A stretch of DNA of 64,000 nt from Eledone cirrhosa (Eukaryota): contig OZ024741.1 of NCBI GenBank assembly GCA_964016885.1, forward strand, positions 311,798,001 to 311,862,000, written 5' to 3'. The notes under the pieces were generated by a model. It saw only the letters and a list, made by a program, of their open reading frames with translations. It was not told the origin of the DNA and did not search any database. Shown here one piece after another: positions 46,588-61,244 of the stretch. Positions within the stretch are counted from its first letter, which is position 1. Every line of letters starts with the position of its first letter. The position numbers and the translations under genes are program-made.

Positions 46588-46865
46588 GTTTTACGTCCGT
46601 TCTTCCATGCTAGCATGGGTTGTATATTCTAACCATTTAAACATTATTTTAAGTGAACAGTATTAAAAAAAAAACATTTTGAAAGTGAATGTGACCCAAT
46701 GGGTCACTGGTGCTCTAGTGTATAATATTTATAAACAATTGAAAATCTTCAGCTATGAGTGGAGGCTGATGAGACTCTGCCATCTAACGGATTCCAACAG
46801 AGGTAAGGGCGAGTAAATCTAAACGATCTTCGTTTATAACTCTAGTTGCTATGAAGACAGTGCTC

Positions 46866-46905
<40 letters not shown>

Positions 46906-46908
<3 letters not shown>

Positions 46909-47853
46909 TAAAAGGAAAAGAAAATGCTGACAAATTGTTCCCAGTGAAAAATAGTTTAATTAGGAATAAGTAAAAATTAGTAATAAGTATTGGTTAGTAT
47001 TCAGTTTTGGTTTTAATATTTACCTGTTGCGCATTTCTAATGCTTTTCAAAAATAATATTGAGATAGAGCGCCCGTGATGTTTGCTCTAATCTGATTAGT
47101 TTGGGAAATTATACCTGTTTTATGTGAAAAAAGTGGCTCCAGATGTATTAAAATAAGTTTCGCGCCAATTCGTGTTGCAAAAATTCTTGTGGTCAAAACA
47201 ATTTTGATTGGTCGGTAGAGGTCATGTGAATGTCAAAAATTGATTTTGCGCCAAATGTAGGCTTGTCTCGGCTGATTGATAAGTCACTGAAAAATAAGTC
47301 TTTTAAAGATAATGCCACCCACACCCAGCGCATCAGCAAGGAATCTCACTTTATTAACAAATACGGACCCCGTCTAAACACTTATCCCTAAGACGAACCC
47401 TCAACATACACACGTCAACATACATACCTATATCAGCATACATTCTACATACATCTCTATCCACATATAAACACAATGACATACGTAAACACACATGATC
47501 TATGGTGCAACACAAATATACACACATTTGCATACCTTTTGATGTCTATAGATATAAACGTGCCGAAACACACACATACATATACGCACACATGCGTTGC
47601 ACACTGATGGGCACATACATATTTGTACACAAGTATTCCAATACGGCAGGGCCTAATGGATTCCCCTTGCAGTACGTACAATCTGGACACTCACACACAC
47701 CTTGGTGTTATGACAATACTATATATCATTTCACACCTTTTATTATTAAGGTTTTTTATGTTATATTCAGAGAATCGTTTTTACTGAAAATATCAAATAA
47801 TGTACACCATTTTTACCAGTATCACAAAAATACTAGTCCACCCACACCTCAGA

Positions 47854-47895
<42 letters not shown>

Positions 47896-48520
47896 GAAAT
47901 ACACACACACACACATACATACACCCACACCCACAAACACACACACACGCACACACACACACACACACACGCACACACACACACACACTTGTCTTAATAG
48001 GCACCTGAACTGTTGACCTGTCAACAAACTGCAATTCACACACATCCCTACTGATCATTATCACAACAATGAACCTCTTTACTACTACTACACACACCCA
48101 CACACACATATTTGTCTTAAAAGACTTATTTTTCAGTGACTTCTCAATCAGCCGAGACAAACCTACATTTGGCGCAAAATCAATTTTTAACATTCACATG
48201 ACTCTACGGACCAATCAAAATTGTTTTGACCACAAGAATTTTTGCAACACGAATTGGTGCGAAACATATTTTAATACATCTGGAGCCACTTTTTTCACAT
48301 AAAACAGGTAGAATTTCCCAAACTAATCAGATTAGAGCAAACATCACGGGCGCTCTATCTCAAAATTATTTTTGAAAAGCATTAGAAATGCGCAACCGGT
48401 AAAAACTTAAAACCAAAACTGAATACTAACCAATACTTATTACTAATTTTTACTTATTCGTAATTAAACTCTTTTTCACTGGGAACAATTTGTCAGCATT
48501 TTCTTTTCCTTTTACCAATA
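46906..48520 (+). mobile_element. PLE 3' remnant between ~400-bp inverted repeats
   Basis: 46906-47308 is inverted at 48118-48520. Internal frame KESHFINKYGPRLNTYP* matches a GIY-YIG terminus. Variant HHR at 48368-48405 and 47018-47055. Bounded by (TA)n. Confidence 0.8.
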
Positions 48521-48550
48521 TATCATAACTCGTGTGTTACACCTCTATTC

Positions 48551-48992
<442 letters not shown>

Positions 48993-49139
48993 TTTAGAAC
49001 TATTAGAAGTATTTCATTCAAATGTAATAATCAGGAAAGCCGATTCCAGATGATTTCTTTGGATGAAACTATTCTAGTCCTGTAGAAACGATTTCTATAT
49101 TAAACAACATATTTAAAAACACTCACACAGACGCACGCA

Positions 49140-49216
<77 letters not shown>

Positions 49217-49255
49217 GTGTGTGTGTAGTAAATACGTAAGAAGTTTATAATATAC

Positions 49256-49385
49256 CTTGGCAACTGTCACCAGTATAACCTGCAAACATCCATCTGAACA
49301 TGTTCATTTCGCTTGTCACAGTTACTATTGTTGAGACAATGGCATTTCCCTATACAATTAACACCAAAGTTTCCTATTCGGCATT
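49256..49385 (-). pseudogene. EGF-like exon copy, 130 nt (two 1-nt deletions)
   Basis: ttcag acceptor, CRIGNFGVNCIGKCHCLNNSNCDKRN then frameshift, CAAG|gtat donor. Confidence 0.75.
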
Positions 49386-49566
49386 CTGAAATATATATAC
49401 CCTTTCTATATTAAACATCATATTTACACACATACACACATACACACAAACGCATGCACCCACACTCACTCATACCCACACACACAAACACACACACACA
49501 CGCATATATATTATATGTGTCCTGTATATATTAATTATTGTAATTACGAACAAGTTTATGATATAC

Positions 49567-49699
49567 CTTTAGCAATTGTCACCAATATAACCTGTAGAAC
49601 ATCTATCTGAACATGTTCCATTTCGCTTGTCACAGTTACTATTGTTGAGACAATGGCATTTCCCTATACAATTAACACCTAAGTTTCATATTCGGCATT
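49567..49699 (-). pseudogene. EGF-like exon copy, 133 nt with in-frame TGA and TAA
   Basis: CRI*NLGVNCIGKCHCLNNSNCDKRNGTCSDRCSTGYIGDNC*; AG/GT ends retained. Confidence 0.8.
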
Positions 49700-49874
49700 C
49701 TAATGTATATATTATATTTCTATATTAAACATCATATTTAACCACACACACAAACGCATGCACGCACACACCCGCACTCACTCACACCCATACATATAAA
49801 CACACACACACGCATATATATATGTGTTGCGTATATAGTAATTATTGTAATTACGTAACAAGTGTATGATATAC

Positions 49875-50006
49875 CTTGGCAATTGTCACCAATATAACCT
49901 GTAGAACATCTATCTGAACATGTTCCATTTCGCTTGTCACAGTTACTATTGTTGAGACAATGGCATATCCCCTTCCAAGCAACACCAAACTTTACAACTG
50001 GGCATT
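49875..50006 (-). CDS. 132-nt phase-1/1 exon encoding an EGF/laminin-EGF-like repeat (MEGF10/Draper/SCARF-type multi-EGF protein)
   Basis: tttcag|AA TGC... (E)CPVVKFGVAWKGICHCLNNSNCDKRNGTCSDRCSTGYIGDNCQ G|gtat. Frame is open; one Cys is replaced by Trp. Confidence 0.8.
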
Positions 50007-50183
50007 CTGAAAATATCAATATATATGATAATGTTGAAGATATCATTAATTACATACAGATATCAGTGATACAATGTTATACCAAATTTTATGATTACCA
50101 TAATAAAAATAATCATTTCCTACAAAATCGTACCATATTCTAACGGTTCCTACGATATGTATTTGCGACATTCTTCCATTTAA

Positions 50184-50304
<121 letters not shown>

Positions 50305-50419
50305 TGTATATATATATAAATGCATACATACATACATAGAAGATACACTTATACCAGATAAATGCATACATACATACATATATACATACATACAAGGGAG
50401 ATACACTTATACCAGAATG

Positions 50420-51230
50420 GTTGACATTAACACAAACAATACTGGTCCCCAAGAACACATTCACCCACCTGGCAAAAAACAACCAACCCATTGCATGACA
50501 GAACCTCAGGCATAAGGTGTATACAGCTTGCCTGAACCTATTCCTCCAAAATCCCTGTGAAAATAATCACATCATCGCAGATGAACAAGCAGCTGGAAAG
50601 AAAGGGGTTTTGGGGTGTGATGAACAATTCCTAATCAACAAAACAGCGATGTGGGAGGTAAGACAACTCAGGAGGAATATGGCTACAGTCTGGCTGGACT
50701 ACAGGAAAGCTTTCGATTCTGCTCCTTCTTCTTGGGCTACTATCCTAAAATTAAAGACAGAGAAGGAGGACTCTATTTTCACTGATAAAATAGAATATCA
50801 CAGAGGTATATTTCAAAGAGACAGTCTCTCTGTGATAATATTTATGCTGTCATTACCCTTTGTCTTTTCTGCTCAAGAAATGTGAAGGATATATCATTGG
50901 CTCACAGGAAGACAGAAATACGAGCCTAACCCATAATTTCTTTGTGGAGCGTCTGAAACTCTATGCCAAGAACATAGATGGGATGAGGAAAAATCTTGAC
51001 CTGGTTACAACGTTTTCAAAGGATATAGGAATGGAATCTGGTCAAGAAAAATGTTCATGTATGACTGTAAAGTAGGGAAAAACAACAACCCAGTATAGCA
51101 ACATTGACATCAATGGCCTAACTGTTTCACCAATATCTGATGAGAACTGTTACAGATACATGGGGATAGATGAGAACATATCATATAATGGTATCTGTAA
51201 TAATGAGAGAGTCTTGAAACTATGTTAGAA
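50420..51230 (+). mobile_element. R4/Dong-like non-LTR RT fragment (decayed)
   Basis: EQAAGKKGVLGCDEQFLINK, VWLDYRKAFDS, RGIFQRDSLS, HNFFV(DD)LKLYA, DIGMESGQEKC and YRYMGIDE. Confidence 0.75.
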
Positions 51231-51388
51231 ACCGCATCTCTCTCTATTGGCAAACAATTGTGAAATTATAAAACCACAAGAACATACATATATATATATC
51301 TAAATTATAATAAAGTATGACTGCGAGACTGCGTACGGTTTATTTCTTTTAATCCTGTTAGTAAAATAAGTTGGATTACTTTGAATAA

Positions 51389-51710
51389 ATAATTGTTTCT
51401 ACTTTAGGTACAAGGCCAGCAATTACCCAGTGCATTACTGGTACTTTATTTTATCGACCCCGTAAGGATGAAAATGAAAGGCAAAGTCAACCTCGGCGGG
51501 ATTTGAACTCAGATCGTAAAGGGACGTAACTATGCTGGAGAACATGGCGTCCGACCTTCTACCGATACTGCCAATCCACCGCCCTTTACTTTGAATGAAT
51601 AATTGTTTCTACTTTAGGCACAAGGCCAGCAATTACCCAGTGCATTACTGGTACTTTATTTTATCGACCCCGTAAGGATGAAAGGCAAAGTCAACCTCGG
51701 CGGGATTTGA
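51389..51710 (-). mobile_element. Tandem pair of tRNA-SINEs (full 51389-51583, partial 51600-51710)
   Basis: GGCGGTGGATTGGCAGTATCGG head and GTTCAAATCC B-box. Confidence 0.85.
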
Positions 51711-51969
51711 ATAAATAATGAATAATTATTACATGATTTATGTCCTAAAAACATAAATAATTTAAAATTGACTCCTTTTCAAATTTGCATTCACATTTCT
51801 ACACTTCCTTTATAGCGTCGCCACCAACACCACTTCAAGTACCATATATATAGAAAGGAGAGTGTGTGATGAGAGAGATAGAGAGATTATGATGTTCTAC
51901 CCGCTGACGCGTATGGGTGTGCACATACGTACATCTTTATTTATGTGTATATAACTATTGTTGAGTATA

Positions 51970-53915
51970 TAATTATAATCGCGCAAACACAAACTTATGA
52001 AAAATACACGCTCACATGCATTCACACAAATACACATACATTCACACATACTTTCACACAAACATACATACATTCACACATATACATTTACACAAACACA
52101 CACATACAATCATGATAGCAGCGTTCGGCGAATTGAAAATGGGAGGGTAAAACATGTATAATGTTTAATATATTTATTAACAACACAGTTAAACTATTTT
52201 TTATTAACTTTTTTTATTAACTTTTTTTTAAAACTCATTTAATATAATGGTTACAGAACGAAAACACTAAAAAAAAAATTGTTTCTAGTTTTGGCACAAG
52301 GCCAGCAATTCTCCCATTCTATTACTGGTACTTTACTTTATCGACCCAGTAAGAATGTAGGAAAAGTTAAACTCGGTGGGAATTGAATTCAGATTGGAAA
52401 GGGTTGTAACTCTCTGCTGTAAAGCGTGGCATCCGACCCTCTACCGATACTGCCAATCCACCACCCTTTTAATAATTGTTTCTACTTTTGGCACAAGGAC
52501 AGCAATTAACCCAGTGCATTACTGGTACTTTATTTTATCGACCCTGTAACGATGAAAGGCAAAGTTAACCTCCGCGGGATTTGAACTCTGACCGTAAAGG
52601 GACGAAACTATGCTGGAAAGCATGGCGTCCGATCCACTACCGATACTGCCAATTCCATATAATATATACAAAGGAATGGCAAAGGAAAAAAAGAAAGAGA
52701 AAATTACACAAGCACGTAATACACAGATCTTAGACCACATAGAACAAAATGCAGGCGAAAGATTGTGAAAAAACGAGCCGCTACCAGAGCAAAATATAGC
52801 ACTATACGGAGGAGCAGTGGGAAATCATTCTAATAATTTTTGAGGCAGGCCACCACGCTCGCACAAATACCTAGGGTGATCGCAACTGAGGTGCTGGAAC
52901 ATATCCTCACGAGCATCACCAGTAACTTCTGTTTGGCGAGCCGATGTGAAGATAAGAATCTCGCTGTCAGTAGCCAGACTCCCCCTAATGACTCGAACGC
53001 CGCAGGCTGGATGATTAGTTAGCTGACAGAACACGGTATTTTACAATTTTGGTCCGTTCAGTTGCGGATGCTATAGATCTGGCCTTTACCGCTGCATTCA
53101 AGATGTAGGAGGAAGCAAAAGAGTCACTAACTATGACGTCCCAGGAAAGGCACCTGATGTCCCTCAAATTTATATACATGTAAATGGAGTTCTACTGAAG
53201 CAGTGAGAGAAATCCAACTATCTTCGAGCCGTGTTCGCGAGTGATGGAATGTAGGAGGCTGAATTGAGTGCAAGAATTGCAAAAGCCGATGCAGTAATGC
53301 GCCAGCCTCAACATTCAGCAATCAGAAGAAGGGGGTAGGTGTAAAAGCCAAACTCGATGTCTTCCTAGTATTCCTGTCAACTCTTACTGAGGATTATGAA
53401 TCTTGAGTAATGAATAAAAGAATTCAATTACAAATAAAAAGGCAGAAATGGGATTCCTCCGAAGGATTTTGGAGTAACGTTACTCGATAAAGTGAATAGG
53501 TCAGAGACCAGAGAGTCACTCCTGGTAGAGCCGCTACCTCTCCGAATTGAGAGAGCACAACTCCGATATTATGAGCATTTGGTTAGAATGTCTCAGTAAA
53601 GAATCGCTGGACACATTTTACAGGCAAAACCAACCGGCAAGAGATCCAGAGGTAGAACCTGAGCAAGATAGTTGGATAACATCCATGAGCTTGGCTGGTC
53701 ACGCTTTGGGATCCAGCTGAATCGGTTAGAGATGTTTGCTACTGACAGCTTCGCTGGAAGGAATGTTTGAGAAGGACTCTGCCCCCACGACCCTCTCAGA
53801 AATAAGTGGGTGAAGAAGAGGATATTGTCAATTTACATTTCAATTTACGTATATCTATATGCATATGTATTTGCGTATAATACCAATATGCACACTACAT
53901 ATGCTAGCAGAAAAC
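51970..53915 (+). repeat. Segmental duplication block, copy 2 (contains CRE-like 52800-53157 and RTE 53165-53825 fragments plus two SINEs absent from copy 1)
   Basis: Collinear with 1900-4160. Confidence 0.85.
52277..52655 (-). mobile_element. Tandem pair of tRNA-SINEs
   Basis: Two consecutive family copies (52277-52466, 52473-52655), inserted between cgaaaacactaa and atataatatatacaaagg relative to copy 1. Confidence 0.85.
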
Positions 53916-54484
53916 CTGATTCACTGAATTATCTAAACTATCGGAAAACTAATGAAATTTCCCCACAAAACAAAACAAGCCGAAAGTAAAAATATATCGC
54001 CATGTAATACTGATACACAGAGAATTAGGAATATTTAGGTCTTTCAAATTACCGAGTATCAAGTCACGGTGTGGTAGCATGTTGTTTACTAATAAAACAG
54101 TTCACTTATATCATTTTGTTAACTGAAAATTAAATTTTACAAATTGTACTTCCCTCATATGCATTTTTATTTTACAACTATTTAGTGTTTATTTCCATGT
54201 TTTATAGTTTATGCAAATAAACAACGGCAAGCATATCTACGGATGGTGAGATGGGGTGTCGTCTCAACCGGGCGTATATAGACCTAAACCTGAATTACAC
54301 TTCAAAATTTAATGGGTCGACCTATGCAGCGGATCAACTTTTACACCGGCATATATGATATATATAAATGTATTTATATATATATATATATATATATATG
54401 TACATATGAGTGTGTGTGTGTGGGCGGTATGTATGTGTGTGTGTATGTGTATAGTAAGTACGTAACACTTTTATGAGATAACTT

Positions 54485-54616
54485 CGTGACAATTGACACC
54501 AATATAACCTACAGAACATCCATCTAAACATCTTCTATTTTGCTTATAACAGTTAATGTTATTGATACAATGGCATGTCCCATTACAAGCAAGACCAAAC
54601 TTTGCTGCTCGGCATT
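54485..54616 (-). pseudogene. EGF-like exon copy, open frame but canonical donor lost or shifted
   Basis: ttttag|AA TGC... CRAAKFGLACNGTCHCINNINCYKQNRRCLDGCSVGYIGVNCH. The expected GT position reads AA. Confidence 0.7.
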
Positions 54617-54949
54617 CTAAAAATATCAATATATATGATAATGTTCAACATATCATTAATTACATACAGATATCAATGATACAATTTTCTACCAAATTTT
54701 AAGATTAAATTGGTCTTATGATAAACAAATGAACTTGTATATGTATTGAATATTATATCGATCCTCTATAAAATATACATGGAATTTTTAGTTCATTTAA
54801 ATGCAATGTTGGAAACATTCTGAAAGAAACAAACAATATCATAAGTAAAATAACATATATAATCCTTCCAAATCTTACCATATTCCAACAGTGACTACGA
54901 TATGTAATTGCAAGATTCTTACATTTAAATAAACACACACAAACACTCA

Positions 54950-54993
<44 letters not shown>

Positions 54994-55409
54994 TCTGTAT
55001 ATGTATAAATGCATACATATACACATACACACACACATACATACATACATAAATACATACATACATACATACATATATACAAACATACATACATATATAC
55101 ATACATATAGAATATTTGTATTAATAATATTGTTATAATATTAATGGTATACTGATTCACCAAATTATCTAAACTATCGGAAAAACTACGGTGAATTTCC
55201 CACGAAACAAAATAAGCCGATGGTGAACGGATTCTACACGAGAATTCTGTGGATGGCTTTGAACATTAATCAGTATACATTGAGGATGAAGAACTCAGAG
55301 CTGTACGGGAGCTCCCGAAATCAGCTCAATAGTGACGCAGAGGAGACTGAGGTTAGCTGGACATGGTCACTGACATCCAGAGTTGACACTGCGAACAGGA
55401 AATGTTAGC

Positions 55410-56877
55410 GACTAAGTCAAGAAGGTCCGTCTCGAAAGGAGCAAGTTCAGTTAACTTAGGAGTGTAGGCTCTCAATTTCAGGTTGAAGGTGTTAATAGTG
55501 CCTGTAATTTTGCTGTCAAAAGCTAGGGCTCGCCATCCTACCTCTGACGACATATTAGACACATTACGTGTTAGATTCCCGGACTTCCATACGGGAATTT
55601 ACCGCGACGATGTACTGAATTTATGGAGCCATAAAAGTGGTCACGACCTCGACCGGTTTAAAAAAGACTTAGGTTCTAACTTCAATGAGTTAGGACTTAG
55701 GATAACAGTAGCCACCAACATCTCTAGCGTAGATTTTTTAGACCTTCGCACACACACCCACAGACCCTTCCATAAGCTAAACAAAAAACTCAATTACATT
55801 CTCAAGGACTCATGCCGCCCTCCCACTGTTTTTAGAAACTTCGTAAATAATATCAGTACTAGAATCTCAAACCTCTCCTCTAATGAGGCTATATTTGAGA
55901 GGGCAGCACCCTACTGTAACACGGCCTTAGCTAACAGCGGCTTCTCACAAACTATCACTTACTCTCCCACTATCAACAACAGCAATAAGATAAGTAAGCG
56001 TAACAAAAGACAAGCTATCTGGTTCTCTCCTCCCTCTCACTCAACGTTAATACCAATGTAGGAAAAACATTTCTAGCCCTCTTACATAGACACTTTCCCA
56101 TAGGTCATAAATACCACTCCATTTTGAACCGACACAAATTTAAACTAGGATACTCCTGCGCTAAGAACATGAAGACCCATATCACCAGCACGACCAGGGT
56201 GCTCTTGCCGTAAGCTCGAAGCTTGCCCAATTCAACAGCAATGCAACCTACCAGCTGTAATTTATGAAGCTGTGGTCACTTTCAACCGACCAAACCAACC
56301 ACAGAAGGAAAATCCTATGTGGGATTGGCGGATGGCCGATTTAAGGAACGTTTCCTGAAACACCAGTCGAGCTGTAGATACCCGGACAGACGTTCGTCCA
56401 CGAAACTCGCAAGCCACGTATGGTCCCTCAAGGACCCAAGTATAGAATACTCAATTCAATGGAAAGCCATCACTAAGTCCAAGCCATACGCAAGCGGAAA
56501 TCCGACGTGTGGCTTATGTATTCACGAAAGAATTACTATTTTAAAGAGATTATGCAATAGTGATTGCCTAAACACGAGATATGAATTGTTCAAACGTTGT
56601 CCACACGTCTCCAAACACCTATTGCATAAATACAAAGCTCCGGATTGAATCATTGCAATTTTCTCATCAATAACAACTTTTCAGACTTTCGAAGTTATCT
56701 CCCTTACACCTCTCGCACGCATTCTAGTATTGCCTGTGTGAAGTGACCGGGTTTCTGCGAATGCGCGTTCGTACGGTTGTCCTTCCTGTTCCTATAACCA
56801 TGCCCATTACGAACTGAGGATCCGCTAAGGTGGAACAATGGTTCTCGCCATGGTGAACTATATGTTGTGCAACCACA

Positions 56878-56880
<3 letters not shown>
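55410..56880 (+). mobile_element. Penelope-like element (RT end, thumb, GIY-YIG) with 3' pLTR
   Basis: GIYRDDVL, VDFLDL, ISTRISNLSSN, IWFSPP, YVGLADGRFKERFLKH and CGLCIHE..LNTRYE. Degenerate HHR CTGAGGA-tcc gctaa ggt-GGAAC at 56814-56848. Confidence 0.9.
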
Positions 56881-56969
<89 letters not shown>

Positions 56970-56971
56970 TG

Positions 56972-57018
<47 letters not shown>

Positions 57019-57755
57019 GAAAGATTTGAATGGATACAGTTTAGTTGAAAGGAATTTATTGACACGTGTTTCTATAACAGTTACATAACATGAAAACAGC
57101 TGCTATCTACAAAGTATTAGTTATGCAGACATTCAATATTTACTGTCATTTCATCAGAATAATATTACTGAGGACCTGTTTGGTTTTCATAGAGAATATT
57201 AGGAGGGAGGGGTGAAGTTGTTAGAAGAATAGTTGAGGGAGTGGTTTTTTGATAGCAGTGAGAATTTTTGGTGGCAGTGAGTAATTAGATTCCCATCTGT
57301 TGTTTTGACATTTTTATAGAATATATTATTGGTTATTTTTCTAAATCTATAGAAGGATTAGAGATAGTAAAGATATGCGTGGTTGGTTTTGTGTTTGCAC
57401 TTAATTAACATTCAGACTTAAATTTTTCTTTCAAGTGTACGTATCCTTTCACCCACGCATTCACACACAAACATATTTGCACACCTCTACAAAATACATA
57501 TACTCACATTCACATAGTAACATATTCATACTTACATACATATACACATGCATACATATATATACACACATGTATTCATGTACATACATACGCGTTCATG
57601 TGTATACATTTTTATACTACCAGAAAGGCACCCAGCAGTCAACGAGCTGCTAGCAAGATTAAAACTACTATGAAATCCCACAATGAATTTTATACTTGAA
57701 TTTTCAAATCTCAAATTTTAACTCTTCTTATTATTAATTTTTCTTAATATTAATC

Positions 57756-57803
57756 AACATTTGAAAAGATGGCTTTTGCAGACCCATCGAAACCGGTCAT
57801 TTT
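57756..57803 (+). ncRNA. Variant (U3-A8) type I hammerhead motif
   Basis: aacat-TTGAAAA-gatgg cttttgcagac ccatc-GAAAC CG GTC-atttt. Confidence 0.55.
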
Positions 57804-57961
57804 TTATACCCTTTATTATTTCCTTACCTTATAAAATTATATGTTTTTTCACAAAAAAGTATTCTGTCTCTTATATATTCCATGTGCCATTACCAACCTC
57901 AATTTTCTCTATAACCTTCGTTTTGTGTAGTAAATTACACTTTTCATATATATATATATAA

Positions 57962-57999
<38 letters not shown>

Positions 58000-58020
58000 A
58001 TATATATATATATATATATA

Positions 58021-58632
58021 TGTTTTCGCGAGGTTTTTGATATGAAATGGTGTGTCGAAACAATTATTGTTATACTTGTGGAGGGTCATATGTTGTAATG
58101 ATATTGCCAGAATTAATAACAGAACACACTCACTGTCTGGTTGGTTTTCGCTTATGTATCTTTTATATCAGTTAATTTATTCGGTCCTCAATGTTTACCA
58201 TTGACTGACCAACGGTACATAAATACAGATATAATATAGATACAAACACATACATATAGTCTAACAAAGTTTTTTCTTTAGACATATGCAGCATCGTCAG
58301 TGGTGCTATTATTATGTTCCTCCTGTTGTATTGTATATCTACGCCATCTTAAATAAAGATTAAATAAAGATGGCGTAGATATACACTACAACAGAGGAAC
58401 ATAATAATAGCACCACTGACGATGTTGCAGATGTGCAACGAAAGAACTTTCTTAGACAATATATATATGTTTGTGTCTATATAATATCTGTATCTTTTAA
58501 CCGTTTGTCAGTCAATGGAAAACATCGAGGACCGAATAAATTAACTCATATAAAAGATATAGAAGCAAAAACCAACTAAAGAGTGAGTGTGTTCTGTTAT
58601 TAATTCTGGCAATATTATTACAACTATATAAC
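58021..58632. mobile_element. ~600-bp head-to-head palindrome of a PLE terminal repeat (family of 38565-41422)
   Basis: Arms mirror about ~58356. Minus end encodes an MTL.KYNN..FDT.FHIKNLAK-like ORF start homologous to the ORF at 40753. HHR at 58413-58452 (CTGACGA-t-gttgc..gcaac-GAAAGAACTT). Confidence 0.85.
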
Positions 58633-58645
58633 CCTCCCCATGTAT

Positions 58646-58705
<60 letters not shown>

Positions 58706-59099
58706 TTATTCATATTTATATTAGTCCTGGTTTCAATTTGATGCAACCATTGTAAGTTGTGAGCAAAACACTATTGTAGTGTGTGAATATTACGTATAAT
58801 ATAGGCTAGGTTTCAACAGAAATATAACTATATCATTCAAAATGGATGAAAATATGCTAGTCCTCTAGAAGCGATTTATATGTTAAACATCATATTTACA
58901 AACACACACATATATATATATACTGTTATACTGGTATATTTTTATCGACATGGAAATGATGAAAGGCAAAGTTATGTGAATGTAGAGAGCAGAGAATCAG
59001 AAAGAATATATAAATATTCCATCCGGCATTCTAACGACTCATTTATATATGCCAATTTGCACATATAATATGTGTATGTATTCATACACGCACACACAC

Positions 59100-59195
<96 letters not shown>

Positions 59196-59245
59196 GTATA
59201 CACACACACATTTATATATATATACACACACACACTTATATATTT

Positions 59246-59322
<77 letters not shown>

Positions 59323-59530
59323 ATAAAGAATTAATATCTAGTAACATATATATACATACAGATGCATATCAATGGTAGCAAATATATAGGTTTTGTCTTA
59401 GTAACTTTGTGGTTCAATGCATGGGGTTGCAGAACAGTAATATGAGAGACGTAAAATAAGAAAATTATAAAATTAACTTACTTACTAAAATTTAGTAAGT
59501 AAGTTAATTTTATAATTTTCTTATTTTATG

Positions 59531-59682
<152 letters not shown>

Positions 59683-60018
59683 ATGGACACACACATCTAT
59701 ATACATACATACACACAAGTATATAAATATAGGCCTTCCGGTTTCATTTCACATTATATACATGTCTGTGTATATTCTAATCATTTAAAAATTATTTTTA
59801 AGTGAACAGGATTTTAAAAAGCAAACATATAGTAAGTGAATCTGATCCAATAGGTCAGCGGTGGTCGGCTGTATACTATTAATAAACCATTTAAAGTCTT
59901 CAGCTATGAGTGGAGGCTGATACGCGGAGATGGCATCTAACGGATTCCAACAGAGGTAAGGGCGAGTAAATCTCAACGATCTTCGTTTATTACTCTGGTA
60001 GCTACCAAGACAGTGCTC

Positions 60019-60064
<46 letters not shown>

Positions 60065-60316
60065 AAAAATTGAAATTTCATTTCTCACTCTTAGTACGGC
60101 TGATACTTAAATATAAGTATGTATTCGTACATACATATATGTATACAGACGTATAGTAGTATGTATATACATACATGCACACATATATATATATGTACTT
60201 ATGGGTTTACCGAACATTTATTATAATGTTCAATTTTTTTGTAAACAAACAGCCCGAATTAAGCCATACAGTGTTCGGCAAACATCGTTGCCCTTTTGTT
60301 CAACACTGACAAAGGA

Positions 60317-60359
60317 ACGATGAACTAGTTTCTAGCTTATTAGCTGTCATCAGCACCGT
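60317..60359 (-). ncRNA. Type I hammerhead ribozyme, array unit 1 (intact core)
   Basis: acggtg-CTGATGA-c agct aata agct a-GAAA-C TA GTT-catcgt. Confidence 0.8.
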
Positions 60360-61201
60360 ATACCTTCCTCTCAGTCAATTGAACGTTTAAAAGTATATAC
60401 TTTCCTTATGCCTGTTAACGGCGTAGCAGCCTAACTTGCATATTGAGTGAGTTAGTCGGCCGGGCGTACCTAAAACGATAAATGGAGAAAATGAAATTTC
60501 ATTTCTCACACTTAGTACGCTGATACTTAAATATAAGTATGTATACGTACATACATATATGTATACAGACGTACAGTAGTATGTATATACATACATTCAC
60601 AGATATATATATATATATATGTACTTATGGGTTTACCGAACATTTATTATAATGTTCGGTTTGTTTGTAAACAAACAGCCCGAATTAAGCCATACAGTGT
60701 TCAGCAACCTTCGTTGCTCTTTTGTTCAACACTGACAAAGGAACGATCAACTAGTTTCTAGCTTATTAGTTGTCACCAGCACCGTATACCTTCCTGTCAG
60801 TTAATTGAACGTTTGCAAGTATATACTTTCCTCATGCATATTAATGGCTGAGCAGCCTCATTTTCATATCGAGTTATGTAGTCGGCCGGGCGAACCGAAA
60901 ATGATAAATGGAGAAAATGAAATTTCATTTCTCACACTTAGTACGGCTGATACTTAAATATAAGTATGTATACGTACATACATATATGTATACAGACGTA
61001 CAGTAGTATGTATATACATACATGCACACATATATATATATATGTACATATGGGTTTGCCGAACGTTTATTATATAGTTCGGTTTGTTTGTAAACAAACA
61101 GCCGACTAACTCACTCGATATGCAAATGAGGCTGCTCAGCCGTTAATATGCATAAGGAAAGTATATACTTTCAAACGTTCAATTGACTGACAGGAAGGTA
61201 T

Positions 61202-61244
61202 ACGGTGCTGATGACAGCTAATAAGCTAGAAACTAGTTCATTGT
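61202..61244 (+). ncRNA. Type I hammerhead ribozyme, inverted array unit (intact core)
   Basis: acggtg-CTGATGA-cagctaataagcta-GAAA-CTAGTT-cattgt. Confidence 0.8.

Noticed and set aside
46765-46780. CTGATGA as a hammerhead core
   Set aside because: No properly spaced stem II and GAAA follow, and the paralog at 59917 lacks the motif.
54740-54821. Acceptor followed by NVSNIAFK*, and GLAYFHP at ~58860, as F-type lectin exon remnants
   Set aside because: Stops follow immediately and the similarity is too short to support by eye. A profile HMM search would be needed.
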